Positions 41,494 through 56,400 of a stretch of 64,000 nucleotides of DNA are shown in pieces. A program made the position numbers and the translations under genes. The notes under the pieces were generated by a model, which saw nothing but the letters and a program-made list of their open reading frames with translations, made no database searches and was not told where the DNA came from. Source of the DNA: Octopus vulgaris (taxonomy: Eukaryota); NCBI GenBank assembly GCA_951406725.2, contig OX597836.1, positions 18,662,001-18,726,000 on the forward strand. The letters are read 5' to 3'. The first letter of the stretch is position 1. Each line of letters begins with the position of its first letter.

Positions 41494-42296
41494 CATATAT
41501 AAAGTGAGAGAGAGAAGCAGGTGGATACATGCGTGTGCATATATGTGCGTGTATGTATCCTCACGCGATAATCGTATACATGCGTGTATGTGGCGATGTG
41601 CGCGTTTGTATGTGCATGTGGCACGTCTGTGTATATAAATATATGTGCGAATATACATTCATGTTCATGCGTACATATATAGCTATACACACACATATAT
41701 ATATATATATAGACTGATACATGCATCTATGTCGTTATTTTTATGCCAACATTTAAATGTTACCAAAACACTGCGAATATGCTAACAATAAATGACTGAA
41801 AGTGCTCAGTAACAGAATAAAAGTGTTCAAGTGAGCATGCGCATACTTGTGCATAGGTGTATATGGTTACAAAAATAAATGTGTGCTTGTGTGTATACAT
41901 ACGTATTACATACATTAGCATACACACATGCACACGTATGCCAATATATACGCTATATATGTACATAAACACAAGTGAAGATACGCAATAAAAATGTTTA
42001 CTTTCACACAAACGTGTATATAGTAATATAAAAACATATGTATAAGTATATATATATGTATATATATATACACATATATATACATATATGTATGTATATT
42101 ATATATATAGGTATAGACACTTATGTGCATATATATGTGGGTGTAGAGGTGGGTGTGGTTAGGTATGTGGATGTGTGGAGGGGATGTATTTATATTCATA
42201 TACATATACACACAGCGATATATATGTGTATATATATATAGATATATACAGTGATGTATATACGTATATGCACTTCTGTGTGTGTATATATATATA

Positions 42297-42340
<44 letters not shown>

Positions 42341-43388
42341 TGTGTGTGTGTGATGTGTGTGCGTACGTGTGTGTGTGTATATCTGAGCGTATGTATGTTG
42401 ATGTATATATACATAAATATTTCTATATACTTCAGTGGATGTGCGTATATGTATAGATAAACTACCCATTTTTCTATTCGTATAATCTACACACTTACTC
42501 ACATACACACGCACTGAGGTTCGTGTTTGTTAAATATTCACGTGTACGTATACTTATTGGTGCATGCGCGTATGAGGATGTCTGGAGACTATGTGTCTAC
42601 GTGTGCGTTAGACATCATGTGTATCTGTGTGGGATTATGTTTGGGTACCGATGTGACATGTGTGTGTGTGTGTGTGTGAGTGTGTGTGTGTGTGTGTTTG
42701 TGCGTGCGTGCGTTGCTGCGTACGTGTTTATACACTCCAGTACGGATAATATCATAGCTCACTCTTCTCTAATGTTCCGTGAAAAAATGCCATCGACATC
42801 CAGCTTTCAACAATTGCCGCCATTAAGGGAAACATGGAAGATATCCTTCTACATTAGAGTCATCAGAACATTTGATCTCATTTGAAACCGCCCTTTTTCT
42901 CATTTCTGTCCCAACACAAACCACTATACAGGAAATGTGCTCACAGCAGCAACGTTACTTCATCTTCCACATACATAAACGACACACACAAGCAAACGAA
43001 ACACGCACATACACAAACAAATAAACGCACACGAAGAAATTTAGATACGTTTACTCACTTAGGCTCATGTATAGGTTTGCAACTACGTAGCTTTAGGTTC
43101 AAACCCTCTCGGCGTGTCATCCTGGGCAAGTATCTTCTACTCTCACCTTATAAGTGAATTTGCTAGACGGATGTCCATCGTACGAAGAGGTCTATTTTAA
43201 CAACGTGATCGAAAAGAGAACAATATGTAATGAGTGTATATACACATCTCAGGAGTTCTTGCTCTTTCTTCAGTACCATATCCAACACATTAACTACCCA
43301 TTAAATACATTGCTTAGCGGTGTAATAGTATTGAATAAACCTATTTACGTATTAAACATATTCCTTGCAACGGATACGGATATATAAA

Positions 43389-43617
43389 GGCGGCGAGCTG
43401 GCAGAATCGTTAGCACGCCGGGCGAAATGCTTAGCGGTATTTCGTCTGCCGCTACGTCCTGGGTTCAAATTCCGCCGAGGTCGACTTTGCCTTTCATCCT
43501 CTCGGGGTCGATAAATTAAGTACCAGTTGCACATTGGGGTCGATATAATCGACTTAATCCGTTTGTTTGTCCTTGTTTGTCCCCTCTGTGTTTAGCCCCT
43601 TGTGGGTAGTAAAGAAA
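43389..43617 (+). mobile_element. SINE family D, full length
   Basis: ggcggcgagctggcagaatcgttagcacgcc...gtaaagaaata. Confidence 0.92.
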
Positions 43618-43980
43618 TATATATATATTGCTGGTAGGGACACCGTATTTCATTTTCCAACCATAATATACTTGAAGTATATTGAAAGTTTATACAGAGA
43701 CCATACTTTTGTGTTAGCAGTGCGAGATAATCATTTCAAGTTTATCGTTCAAATTTTTTTATAAAGGTTAGGGATAGCATATACACCCATTACGAAATTT
43801 TCTATCTTCGATCGCATTGATGTATATGCATTCAAAACATCATAACTTTCACTGCTGATTCTAAATTCAATAGAGAATCTGAAAATTGGGTTCAGTGTTC
43901 TGCAACATATTTTCCACTCAAAACAAATTTATGCACACCAATTTATAGGATTCTCGGAAATTTTGTGCGATCATATTCCC

Positions 43981-44180
43981 ATTTCTTTACTACCCACAAG
44001 GGGCTAAACACAGAGGGGACAAACAAGGACGGACAAACGAATTAAGTCGATTATATCGACCCCAGTGCGTAACTGGTTCGACCCCGAAAGGATGAAAGGC
44101 AAAGTCGACCTCGGCGGAATTTGAACTCAAAACGTAACGGCAGACGAAATACTGCTAAGCATTTCTGCCAGCTCGCCGCC
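43981..44180 (-). mobile_element. SINE family D, inverted relative to the 43389 copy
   Basis: atttctttactacccacaagggg...ctgccagctcgccgcc. Confidence 0.9.
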
Positions 44181-44247
44181 TTTGTACGATCATATTCCGT
44201 AACACGTTGCATTCTGCCTTATATATAAAAAATAAGTTTTCGCCTTG

Positions 44248-44650
44248 TGGTTGTGTGGTAAGTAGCTTGTTTACCAACCACATGGTTCCGGGTTCAGTCC
44301 CACTGCGTGCCACCTTGGGCAAGTGTCTTTTACTATAGCCTCGGGCCGACCAAAGCCTTGTGAGTGGATTTGGTATACAGAAACTGAAAGAAGCCCGTCG
44401 TATATATGTATATATATATATATATGCCTGTGTGTGTTTGTGTGTCTGTGTTTGTCCCCCTAGCATTGCTTGACAACCGATGCTGGTGTGTTTATGTCCC
44501 CGTAACTTAGCGGTTCGGCAAAAGAGACCGATAGAATAAGTACTGGGCTTACAAAGAATAAGTCCCGGGCTCGAGTTGCTCGATCAAAAGCGGTGCTCCA
44601 GCATGGCCGCAGTCAAATGACTGAAACAAGTAATAGAGTAATAGAGTAAT
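44248..44650 (+). mobile_element. SINE family B, full length
   Basis: Alignment to other B copies; (taatagag)n tail. Confidence 0.92.
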
Positions 44651-44659
44651 ATATAATGA

Positions 44660-44946
44660 AAACGAATGACCAAAGGGTTGCACATAAAAGGTTCCCTCCC
44701 AGGAACAAATCCAGGCACGGTTGCTTGTTAAAAACCAACGGTCGTCCATCCATGCCAGTCGCCCCTCTCCACCTATGCTGTCCAAGGAAAAAGGCCGACA
44801 CAGCTTCGCTACAAGTGAGTAAACTGGGACAACGTGAAACAAAGCGTCTAACACAAGAACACAACACACAGTACGGTTCGGGAATCGAACTGGCAATCTC
44901 TCGATTATAAACCCTACACTCTGACCACTGAGCCATGCGCCTACAC
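44660..44946 (-). mobile_element. tRNA/CORE-type SINE with a third, distinct 3' tail
   Basis: Head and CORE-like body resemble 4720-4848; tail 44660-44810 unrelated to the A or B tails. Confidence 0.7.
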
Positions 44947-45058
44947 TATAAAGAAATACATATAAAAGATTCATACATATACATATGGACATATGTATAC
45001 ATACACACGCGCGCGCACACACACATGTACACATATACATACATATATAATATATATA

Positions 45059-45401
<343 letters not shown>

Positions 45402-45541
45402 GCACACACACTTATAGACAAATGTATGAATGAGAAAGAATGCGCGCGCGTGCAAGTGTGTGTGTGTGATGACACCGTGACCGTATGAAGGGTATTCAAG
45501 AGTAAGTAATAGTAGATGTGAATAAGGGAGAACGAGAGAGG

Positions 45542-45579
<38 letters not shown>

Positions 45580-45890
45580 GGTGAAAGAAATTTGGATTTT
45601 AACAATTTTGGTATAGTAGAATATGCAAAGAATCAAAGATGCATGGCTGTGGATTCAACAGGTAATTAATATGCAAATCTATTCATAGTACGAAATATCT
45701 TTTCATCGTGTGAATAGCATTAACTCGCTCTTTTCCCCACTTTCCCTTTCTCTCCTTCTCTCCTTCTCTCTCTCTCCCTCTTCCTTTCACTCTCTCTCTC
45801 TCTTCCTTTCTCTCTCCCTCTCTCTTCCTTTCTCTCTCTCTCTCTTCCTTTCTCTCTCTTTTTCTCTCTCTTCCTTTTTCTCTCTCTCTC

Positions 45891-45961
<71 letters not shown>

Positions 45962-45993
45962 CTCTGCTGCTGTGACTTCTCATGTATTTATAA

Positions 45994-46051
<58 letters not shown>

Positions 46052-46633
46052 GTGTGTGTGTGTGTGTGTACATATATGTGTATATATATATATATATATA
46101 CGCATACACACACATATATATGCATATGTATATATGTATGTGTATGTACATACGTACTTACATACATATGTATGTGTTGTGGGATACGTGTGCGCGGGTT
46201 TGTAAATAATTGGAGACGTGACCGAGAGACGGAGAGAGAGAGGAAGTAGAGGTGTAGATAGAAAAGCAACGCTTTTAACTCATTTTGATAGAATGCTATA
46301 TGTACAGCGTTAAAATTATGTTGGTATGGATTCTGTAGGTGATTAATATGCAAATTTATTCATAGTACGAAATATCAGCAATCTTTTCATCGTGTGACGA
46401 CCATCCTTCCTTAATTCTCCGTCTCTCTCTCTCTCTCTCTCTCTTCGTTCTTTCATTCATTATTTCTCCCTTTCTCTCTCTCTCCCTCCATTTCTCTCCC
46501 GTTCTCTCTCTCTCACTCTCTAAACATATATATATATACGCACACACGTGTATGTTTATGTGTGTACATAATAGATATATTATGTATACCGTATATATGT
46601 GTGTGTGTGTGCGTATATGTATATATATATGTA

Positions 46634-46726
<93 letters not shown>

Positions 46727-46787
46727 AGGTTTTGATGACGCAAACGGGAAAATAGAACCCAAAACGCAAGTGTGCAGACTTATATTT

Positions 46788-46998
<211 letters not shown>

Positions 46999-47194
46999 TT
47001 TCTTTGTTAACCAGAAAGTGTTTACATTAAAAAAATATTGTGCAACCACAGGACAAATAGAACGTGGAGTTAAATGAAAGTCGTGAAAACAATGAAAAAC
47101 AATTCGTTCTTTCACTACTCCTGAAATTCTTTTCAGATCAGATCCATCCCATTCTTATGAAAATAATAACTCTGTCCAAATTGGTGTGCTAAAC

Positions 47195-48200
47195 AAAAAT
47201 TGTCTTTTCCGTAGAGCTTTAAAATTTTTCAAATGAACCAAATGGTATGTGCTGCTCAGTGGAGGCACAATGGCCCGGTGGTTAGAGCAGCGGACTCGCG
47301 GTCATAGGATCGCGGTTTCGATTCCCAGACCGGGCGTTGTGAGTGTTTATTGAGCAAAAACACCTAAAAGCACCACGAGGCTCCGGCAGCGGATGGTGGT
47401 GATCCCTGCTGTACTCTTTCACCACAACTTTCTCTCACTCTTACTTCCTGTTTCTGTTGTACCTGTATTTCAAAGGGCCGGCCTTGTCACTCTCTGTGTC
47501 ACGCTGAATATCCCCGAGAACTACGTTAAGGGTACACGTGTCTGTGGAGTGCTCAGCCACTTACACATTAATTTCACGAGCAGGCTGTTCCGTTGATCGG
47601 ATCAACCGGAACCCTCATCGTCGTAACCGACGGAGTGCTTCCATGTGCTGCTCAGGCGGTCTGGTAACATTGCCAGCACTACCAGCTCCTTCTCAACCTC
47701 TTAATGGATCTTCTACAAGGCACTTCCATCCAGTCAAAGAATTTTCTGAACAATATCACATAATACAACTCTGCAAATGACATCGTTTGGTGCATCTAAG
47801 AAGATAGACAAACATGAATTTACGCCGACGTCAAAGTTCAAGGGCAAGTAAGTCTATCACCTGATTAGTTCCCTGTTACCTACAAATGAACTACCACAGT
47901 TCCTTCAAATTTACTTTATGAGCGATGCGGGACAACAAACCCGAAGGATGTGTCAACATTTCAGATGATTGGACAGCTTTTCAGTGCTTTCAAAAATCCC
48001 ATAACCCCCCACAGTTGGGGCGTGAAATACTCCAAACGATTGCATAGCATGTTGCTTAGTCGATTTAGCCCATCATTTATTCCACAAATGTTTTGTTCTC
48101 AGTGCTGCATTTTCCCATATCACCTGTTTCAGCATAACTGTAATATATCATATACAAACTATACCATTTTAATCCGAGCAACGCCGGGTATCTCTGCTAA
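47195..48200 (+). mobile_element. Internally deleted autonomous Helitron remnant (Rep N-terminal Cys-rich region plus 3' terminus)
   Basis: EPNGMCCSGGLVTLPALPAP...SKNFLNNI..YNS, QMTSFGA, KVQGQV/YHLISSLLP...PQFLQIYF across frameshifts; ends ccgagcaacgccggg...CTAA at 48197-48200; 5' end not located. Confidence 0.85.
47260..47642 (+). mobile_element. SINE family A, full length, nested in the Helitron ORF
   Basis: Perfect 13-bp TSD atgtgctgctcag (47247-47259, 47643-47655). Confidence 0.94.
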
Positions 48201-48239
48201 GATATATATATATATATATATATATATCTTTTTCTCTTT

Positions 48240-48640
48240 TTCTCTCTTACTTGTTTCAGTCATTTGACTGCGGCCATATGAGAGCACCGCCTTTAATCGA
48301 GCAACTCGACCCCGGGACTTATTCTTTGTAAGCCCAGTACTTATTCTATCGGTCTCTATTGCCGAACCGTTAAGTGACGGGGACATAAACACACCAGCAT
48401 CGGTTGTCAAACAATGGTAGGGGGACAAACACAGACACACAAACACACACACACATACATATATATATATACATATATGCGACGGGCTTCTTTCAGTTTC
48501 CGTCTACCAAATCCACTCACAAGGTTTTGGTCGGCCCGAGGCTATAGTAGAAGACACTTGCCCAAGGTGCCACGCAGTGGAACTGAACCCGGAACCATGT
48601 GGTTGGTAAACAAGCTACTTACCACACAGCCACTCCTGCG

Positions 48641-48642
<2 letters not shown>
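48240..48642 (-). mobile_element. SINE family B, full length
   Basis: Ends cacagccactcctgcgcc (5' head on the minus strand). Confidence 0.92.
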
Positions 48643-48679
<37 letters not shown>

Positions 48680-48915
48680 ATACAAAAAGATATTAAAATA
48701 GTTATTTTGATAAAGTTATGTATTCGCCCATCACGAACTTTTGACATGTTACTGTAAGTTACCTCAACCAATCATAGCTTTCACACGTGACTGCGTTAAA
48801 TGAAAATTTCCACCATTTTCTATTAAATCTTTTTCTCTCATTTCCTTATATGAATTTGCGCATGACTAGCATATCACTACAGCTTATTGTTACTGTTGTT
48901 GCTGCTATATTTGGG

Positions 48916-48979
<64 letters not shown>

Positions 48980-49739
48980 GTGTGTGTATGTGTATCTACG
49001 TGTGTGTGTCTGCATGTCTGCCTGTGCGCGTGTGTTTAAATATGTGTTCGCTTTTTTTGTGAGAGCTTGCAGGAAATATATGCGATCTTGATGGTAGTAA
49101 ATATGTATTTTTGTGCCTTATAAAAAGGCGGGGATAAAATCGCGCCCGCTTTTGTTTTTGCATGTTTGTGCATCTGAGAATGTGCATGTGTGTGTGTGTG
49201 TGTATGCGTGTGTGTGTTTGTCACTGTGTGTCAGTGTGTGTGTGTGTCTCCGTTTGTATGCTTGTTTGTATGAAGCTGTGTATATATGCATATTTCCAGT
49301 TATATAGATATATATCTGTATATATATATGTATATATATATTTATATATATATATATACATTCATGTATATATAAATGCATCCATACATATATATGTGTT
49401 TAGACTTATATACACTAATACATGCAAATATATATATATATATATATATGCATCATATGTATAAGTATATAGGAACATACACATCTGTATATCTCTCCTC
49501 TCTCTCCTTCTTCCTCTGTATATATATATATACACGCACATTTGTGTAGATGCACCCATAAATGTGCGTATGTGTATATATAGAGAGAGAGAGAGAAAAG
49601 AGGAGGAGAGAGAGTGGGAGGGAGGGAACCAGAGATTTATAAATAGATTATGTATGTGTGTGTCTACATGCATATATACTTGTACATTTATGGATGCAAG
49701 TACATACATTTATACATACATATACATACGTATACATAC

Positions 49740-49836
<97 letters not shown>

Positions 49837-50083
49837 AACACATGCACATTCACACAGGGTTCATGAATTGGTAATATCGCTACAGTGTAAAAGCAGATTT
49901 TTAGCAAAACTTTGACATCATCTGTCCCTTTTTCTAATGATTTAATTAAAATCGAAGACTTTGCTCTAAGGACCGAGTCATTTTCTTGAGTTATTGTTTA
50001 CCTGATTTTGGATTTTGATGATTCAATTTCTTAAACACGCAATAATTACTCTAATTAAAATATACACATACATGGATGCATAT

Positions 50084-50166
<83 letters not shown>

Positions 50167-50175
50167 GTATATATA

Positions 50176-50378
50176 AAGTTAACCAAACAAGAAAGCACCA
50201 AAAAACACAACAACGCGAGGACGTGGAACAAATATAGTATTATTGGACGCTCAGGAAAGAAGGAAAGAAGGAGGGTTTAACGTTCGAGCGGAGCTCTTCG
50301 TCGAAGGATAGGAGAAGGAAAGATCCAGAGAAGGGAAGACAGAGGAAAAAAAATCGCCAACGGTAAACACGAGGTCAC

Positions 50379-50422
<44 letters not shown>

Positions 50423-50439
50423 ACCTCGTGTGTACCGTT
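50176..50439 (-). mobile_element. Family E-related element with degenerate hammerhead and a short inverted terminal copy
   Basis: Shares cgctcaggaa with E; minus strand tcgacga-a-gagc tcc gctc-gaacgtt; 22-bp inverted copy at 50418-50439. Confidence 0.6.
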
Positions 50440-50450
50440 ATATATATATA

Positions 50451-50870
50451 TGTTAGAAGGTTTGGAGATGATGTACAGCTATTTTATATTAGAAGAAATG
50501 AGGTACTCAGAAATCTGGATGGTTTTTATATTTACAGATATTTATTAGTATGTTACATGTTTTTTTATTAATCATACATCATCTATTTAGCGCTTTCGTC
50601 CACTCTAGTGGAGTTGTCAAATTGAACTTTTGCAGGAATTTTATCTCTTTTTATAGTATTATTGTGTGTGTGTAGGGATGGGGGAGAGGTATTAGATACT
50701 ACAAGAGGGTGCGGAATGGGGAGAAAGTGAGAGAGAGAGTGTGTGTGTGTACGTGCATTGTGTGTGTGTGCGTGTGTTTGTATCTGAAGGAAGTGTTAAA
50801 GAAAAAGAGAAGGAAAGGAAGAAGAAGGAGAGTATGTAGCAAATAAAGGATATATACAAAGCTTCTCTCT
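50451..50870 (-). mobile_element. Family F3: putative Penelope-like remnant with degenerate hammerhead at ~50582-50626
   Basis: Minus strand TTGACAA c tccac taga gtgga c GAA AGCGCT A; downstream aataaa; flanked by TA/CT microsatellites. Confidence 0.45.
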
Positions 50871-50872
50871 CA

Positions 50873-50929
<57 letters not shown>

Positions 50930-51042
50930 TAGATAGATAGATAGATAGTGCGTGTATATATATATATATATACAGAGAAAGAACGAGAGAAGAGATGTAC
51001 AAATGTGTATGTTCCTATACACTTATACATATGATGCATGTG

Positions 51043-51210
<168 letters not shown>

Positions 51211-51972
51211 TTTATAGGTGTATGTACACACACACACATACACAAAAGTTCGCATTACACGCATTGATAGCCATTTATTGCTTAACTTGGATCCAATCTA
51301 TGTCTTCTTTATAAGGCGGCCATTGTTTCAACGTCGCCACTTAACTGAATACGTATTTGTCTCTGTCTCTGTATGTTCGTGTCTGTTTAACCAAATATCT
51401 GGCTGGTTGGCTGTCTATATACATTTATGTTAATCTTTTATTCTTCTCGTTTTATATACCTGCCTAAATATCTTTATTTCTGCCAATCTATTTACGTGTC
51501 TGTCAATCATTATGCCTGTCTTTTCAGAAATCCGTTTATCAATCTCTCCCCATCATATTGTCTGATGTTTCTATAACATATTGAGCTATTACGAAATAAG
51601 CGAAAAACAAATATATGAAGATTTTCTTCCTCTTTTATGTGTGCGTGTGTATAAGTAAGTATGTGTGTGTGTGTGTGTGTGTGTGTGTTTGTGTATAAAC
51701 GGCATAGCTATGGCCAAAGACGACTCATCAACGATGAAGTGGTGATAATATATTTTTCGTACATTTGTGTACAGGTATGTACAAAACTGCATCTGTACTA
51801 ACGTGTGTGTATTTGCGTGTGTGTGTGTGTATGTGTGTATGTGTGCGTGTGTTTGTGTGTGTGTGTGTGGAGAGAGAGAGATATAAGGAGAGAGATAGGG
51901 AGAGAGGGAGCCATACATGTGCATATATACAGATATATATATTTATATATTTATGTATATATGCATGTATGT

Positions 51973-52036
<64 letters not shown>

Positions 52037-52840
52037 GTAGGCCTGATGCTGAGTAAATTTTGTATATAGATATATGAATGTATGAATTTTTTGAATATAT
52101 ACCTACACATACACATATAGATCGACATAGATAGACACAGACAGATAGCCAGATACTTGCATACACACACACACACATATATATATATATACAAAATTCA
52201 TATAGAATATATTTATGTATGCATATGAATATATATATGTGTGTATATGTATATGTGTGTATATATAAATGTATGTGTGTGTGTGTGTGTAAATATGTAT
52301 ATAAGTATGTATGTGTGTATGTATGTATGTATGTATACACCTCTGCATCATTTTGTGCACATGTGACTACAATAGCGATATAGATTACTCATCCAGTAAA
52401 GCGGATTATTCGAACAACAACAAAAAAACACAAGCAACAACAGTTTCAATGAAACATAAAGTCGGTTTAATATTGATCCGAGAAGCTTTGATGTATTGAG
52501 GTGTTACGTAAATTCATATTCCAAATGAACAGAGTGAGAATAACATAGCATAAACTGGAATAGCAGAATAGCAGAACAGTGGAATAACAAAATATATATA
52601 TATATATAACAGAAGGAAATAGCAATATAACGCATTAATTTCTGCCGGCTTCTAATCTTTTATCAGAGAATCGCAGCTGGCTGATATTGATAAGGTGCTC
52701 ATCGATATCATTGCCAATATCTTCGAAGGTGGTGTAAACAATCGTAAATAACCACGAGCTAAATACAGCAACATCTACCTGGACGTCTGGTGCGCTAGAA
52801 CTAGCAACAGTGTCCTTTGCAAATTAGATTCTGCTAGTTA

Positions 52841-53077
52841 CAGGCGTTGTTGTGTGGTTCTGGGTTCAATCCCTCTACGTGGAACTTTCAGCAAATGTCT
52901 TCTACTATAATCGCGGGCCAACCAAAACCTTGCGAGTAGATTTGGTACACGGAAACTGAAAGAAGCCCACTGCGTATATATATATATATACATGCGTGCG
53001 TGATAGAGAGAGAGAGAGATGTGTGTGTATGTGTGTGTGTGTGTGTGTGTGGGGTGGGTGGGTGTGTGGGTGGGTGG

Positions 53078-53108
<31 letters not shown>

Positions 53109-53378
53109 TGTTTGCCCACTTCAACTGTTTGACAACCAATGTGGATTTGGTTACGCCCTCATAAATTAGCGGTTCGGCATAAGATATCGATAGAATAAGT
53201 GCCAAATTTTAAAATAAAGGCGCAGGTGTGCCTGTGTGGTGAGAGGTTTGCTTCCCAACCACATGGTTTCGGGTTCAGTCCCACTGTATATCACCTTAGA
53301 CAAGTGTCTTCTACTAAGCCCTCGGGTCGACTGAAGCATCATGGGTGGATTTGGTAGATGGAAACTGAAAGAAGTCTG

Positions 53379-53453
<75 letters not shown>

Positions 53454-53605
53454 TTTGTCCCCCATCGCCGCTTGACAACTGGTATTGGTGCGTTTACGTC
53501 TCCGTAACTTAGCTGTTTGGCAAAACAGATTAAGTACCAGGTTTAAATAAGCTTTTGGTGTCGATTCATTCGGCTAAAAATTCCTCAAGGCATTGCCCCA
53601 GCGTG
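52841..53605 (+). mobile_element. Two diverged SINE family B copies in tandem (52841-53205, 53219-53605)
   Basis: Each has ggaaactgaaagaag followed by an expanded (TG)n and a B 3' half. Confidence 0.82.
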
Positions 53606-54254
53606 GTAATGGAAATGATGACCTTTAAAAATATTGAGATACTCAGTGATGTAGTCGTAGATACACGTTGTCTGAGAATTGTCTTGCATGAAATATCTTT
53701 GTTCATGTAAACGTATGTGGGCGAGGAAAGGTGGCGGGGCTAACGATTAAAATACTTCCATTATTTCCCCATACTGTTCGGTCAATGACCATAAGTATAA
53801 TGATTACTATTACGGCTACCAAAGCCCCTAATCTTGTTCACGTCAGCTCATGTCTGGTAGAAGTGGTCTCGCATTCTTTTCCACTCTTTTTCTTTTCGTT
53901 TTTCTCACACTTTCTTGCTTTTCTCTTTTTTCTATCACTATCTACTTTTCTTTTCCACACCCTTTTTTTTCTCTCGTACTTTTTCTGTTAAATTCTAACG
54001 CTTTTTACTCTATATCTCAAAATTTCTCTCTCTTTCTCTCTCTCCTCTCTCTCTCTCCTCTCTCTCTCTCCTCTCTCTCTCTCCTCTCTCTCTCCCTCTA
54101 TATCCCTCTTTTCGCTCCTTTTTCTCTTGCTCTATGCTTTACTCTATCTCACTAAGTTTTCCTCTCTCTATCACTCACTTTGGATAAATACCTATGAAAT
54201 ATCAAAGAAGATTGAAACAAACCCGTCTTCCATTTGTTTTCTACAACGGTGACA

Positions 54255-54287
<33 letters not shown>

Positions 54288-54310
54288 CATTATTATTATT
54301 ATTATTATTA

Positions 54311-54395
<85 letters not shown>

Positions 54396-54504
54396 CATTA
54401 TTATCATCATTATTATTATTATCATCATTATTATTATTATTATTATCATTATTATTATTATTATCATTATTATTATTATTATCATTATCATTATATTATT
54501 ATTA

Positions 54505-54541
<37 letters not shown>

Positions 54542-54555
54542 CATCATTATTATTA

Positions 54556-54589
<34 letters not shown>

Positions 54590-54732
54590 CATTATTATTA
54601 TTATTATCATTATTATTATTATTATTATCATTATTATTATTATTATCATTATTATTATCATTATTATTATTATTATTATCATTATTATTATTATTATCAT
54701 TATTATCATCATCATTATCATTATTATTATTA

Positions 54733-54775
<43 letters not shown>

Positions 54776-54858
54776 CATCATCATCATTATTATTATTATT
54801 ATTATTATTATCATCATCATTATCATTATTATTATTATCATTATTATTATTATAATTA

Positions 54859-54904
<46 letters not shown>

Positions 54905-55082
54905 CATTATTATTATTATTATCATTATTATTATTATTATCATTATCATTATTATTATTATTATCATTATTATTATTATCATTATTATTATTATCATTAT
55001 TATTATTATTATTATCATTATTATTATTATTATCATTATCATTATTATTATTATCATTATTATTATTATTATTATTATTATC

Positions 55083-55114
<32 letters not shown>

Positions 55115-55120
55115 TTTATT
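54255..55120. repeat. Very long (ATT/ATC)n microsatellite (~860 bp)
   Basis: Direct reading; source of the spurious 370-aa and 303-aa ORFs. Confidence 0.97.
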
Positions 55121-55827
55121 ATTATTAATACTACTACTGCTATAACTACTACTACTACTGCTACTACTGCTGCTACTACTGCTTCTACTACTGCTTCTAC
55201 TACTGCTACTACTACTACTACCACTACTATAGCTATTATTATCACCATCATTATATGTCACAGCAGCAAATCCAGCTGTTGTTGTCGTTGTTGTCGTTGT
55301 TGTTGATGATGTCACATAAGTTCATTATCGTGGCTTTGTGCTGCCTTTTGTTTGTTCTCATCCTTATCTTTTGTTTATGCGTCTATCAAGATGTCTGCGC
55401 TTGTTACAAAACACATCACAAGGTGCCAAAGTAGTTACGAAAATAATAAAAAAACAAAAACACCACGGAATTACATAAGTCAATGCACATCTCTAAATGC
55501 TACCTTTATCTACTGACACTCTCTCTTTGCCTCTCTCTTTCTCTCTCTCACTCTCAAGACTATAAACAACAACACAGTCAACAGTCACGAACCAGATCGT
55601 GTAGCACGTACTAACGATTTCTTATTTGACTATCATAAATAAACAGGAAAAAAACAAACTCAGAAACAATAAAAAAACAAAAAACAAAACCAGCATCAGA
55701 GATAACTCTATTGGATAATTTTATCTCTTGATATCATTAACAATGGAATCTACCTCATTATTATCATTATTATTATTATTATCATTTTTATTAGTAGTAG
55801 TAGTATTCAGTTTTTTTCATTTATTCA

Positions 55828-56211
55828 TTTACTTGTTTCAGTCATTTGACTGCGGCCATGCTGGAGTACCGCCTTTTAGTCGAGCAAATCGACCCCAGGA
55901 CTTATTCTTTGTAAGCCTAGTACTTATTCTAACACTCTTTTTTGCCGAACCGCTAAGTTACGGGGACGCAAACACACCAGCATCGGTTGTCAAGCGATGT
56001 TGGGGAAGGGGGGGGGCAAACGCAACACACAAACATACACACACATATATACAGATATACGACGGGCTTCTTTCAGTTTCCGTCTACCAAATCCACTCAC
56101 AAGGCTTTGGTTAGCCCGAGGCTATAGCAGAAGATACTTGCCCAAGGTGCCACGCAGTGGGACAGAACCCGGAACCATGCAGTTCGTAAGCAAGCTACTT
56201 ACCACACAGCC
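55828..56211 (-). mobile_element. SINE family B, near full length
   Basis: Alignment to other B copies. Confidence 0.92.
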
Positions 56212-56242
56212 ATTCTATTATTATTATTATTATTATTATTAA

Positions 56243-56400
56243 GTTAGCACGCTTCACGGAATGTTTAGCGGTATTACGCCCATCGCTACGTTGTGAGTTC
56301 AAACTCCGCCATGGTCCACTTTGCTTTTCATCCTTTCGCTAGCGGTAAGATAAATAGCAGTCGAGTACCGGGGTCGATGTAATCGACTAACCCCCTCCCC
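56243..56400 (+). mobile_element. Diverged SINE family D
   Basis: gttagcacgc...gagttcaaactccgcc...ggggtcgatgtaatcgactaa. Confidence 0.75.

Noticed and set aside
54194-55306. 370-aa ORF, and the many YI/HT/CV/SL-rich ORFs across the window
   Set aside because: Translations of microsatellites that happen to lack stop codons; no protein-like composition.
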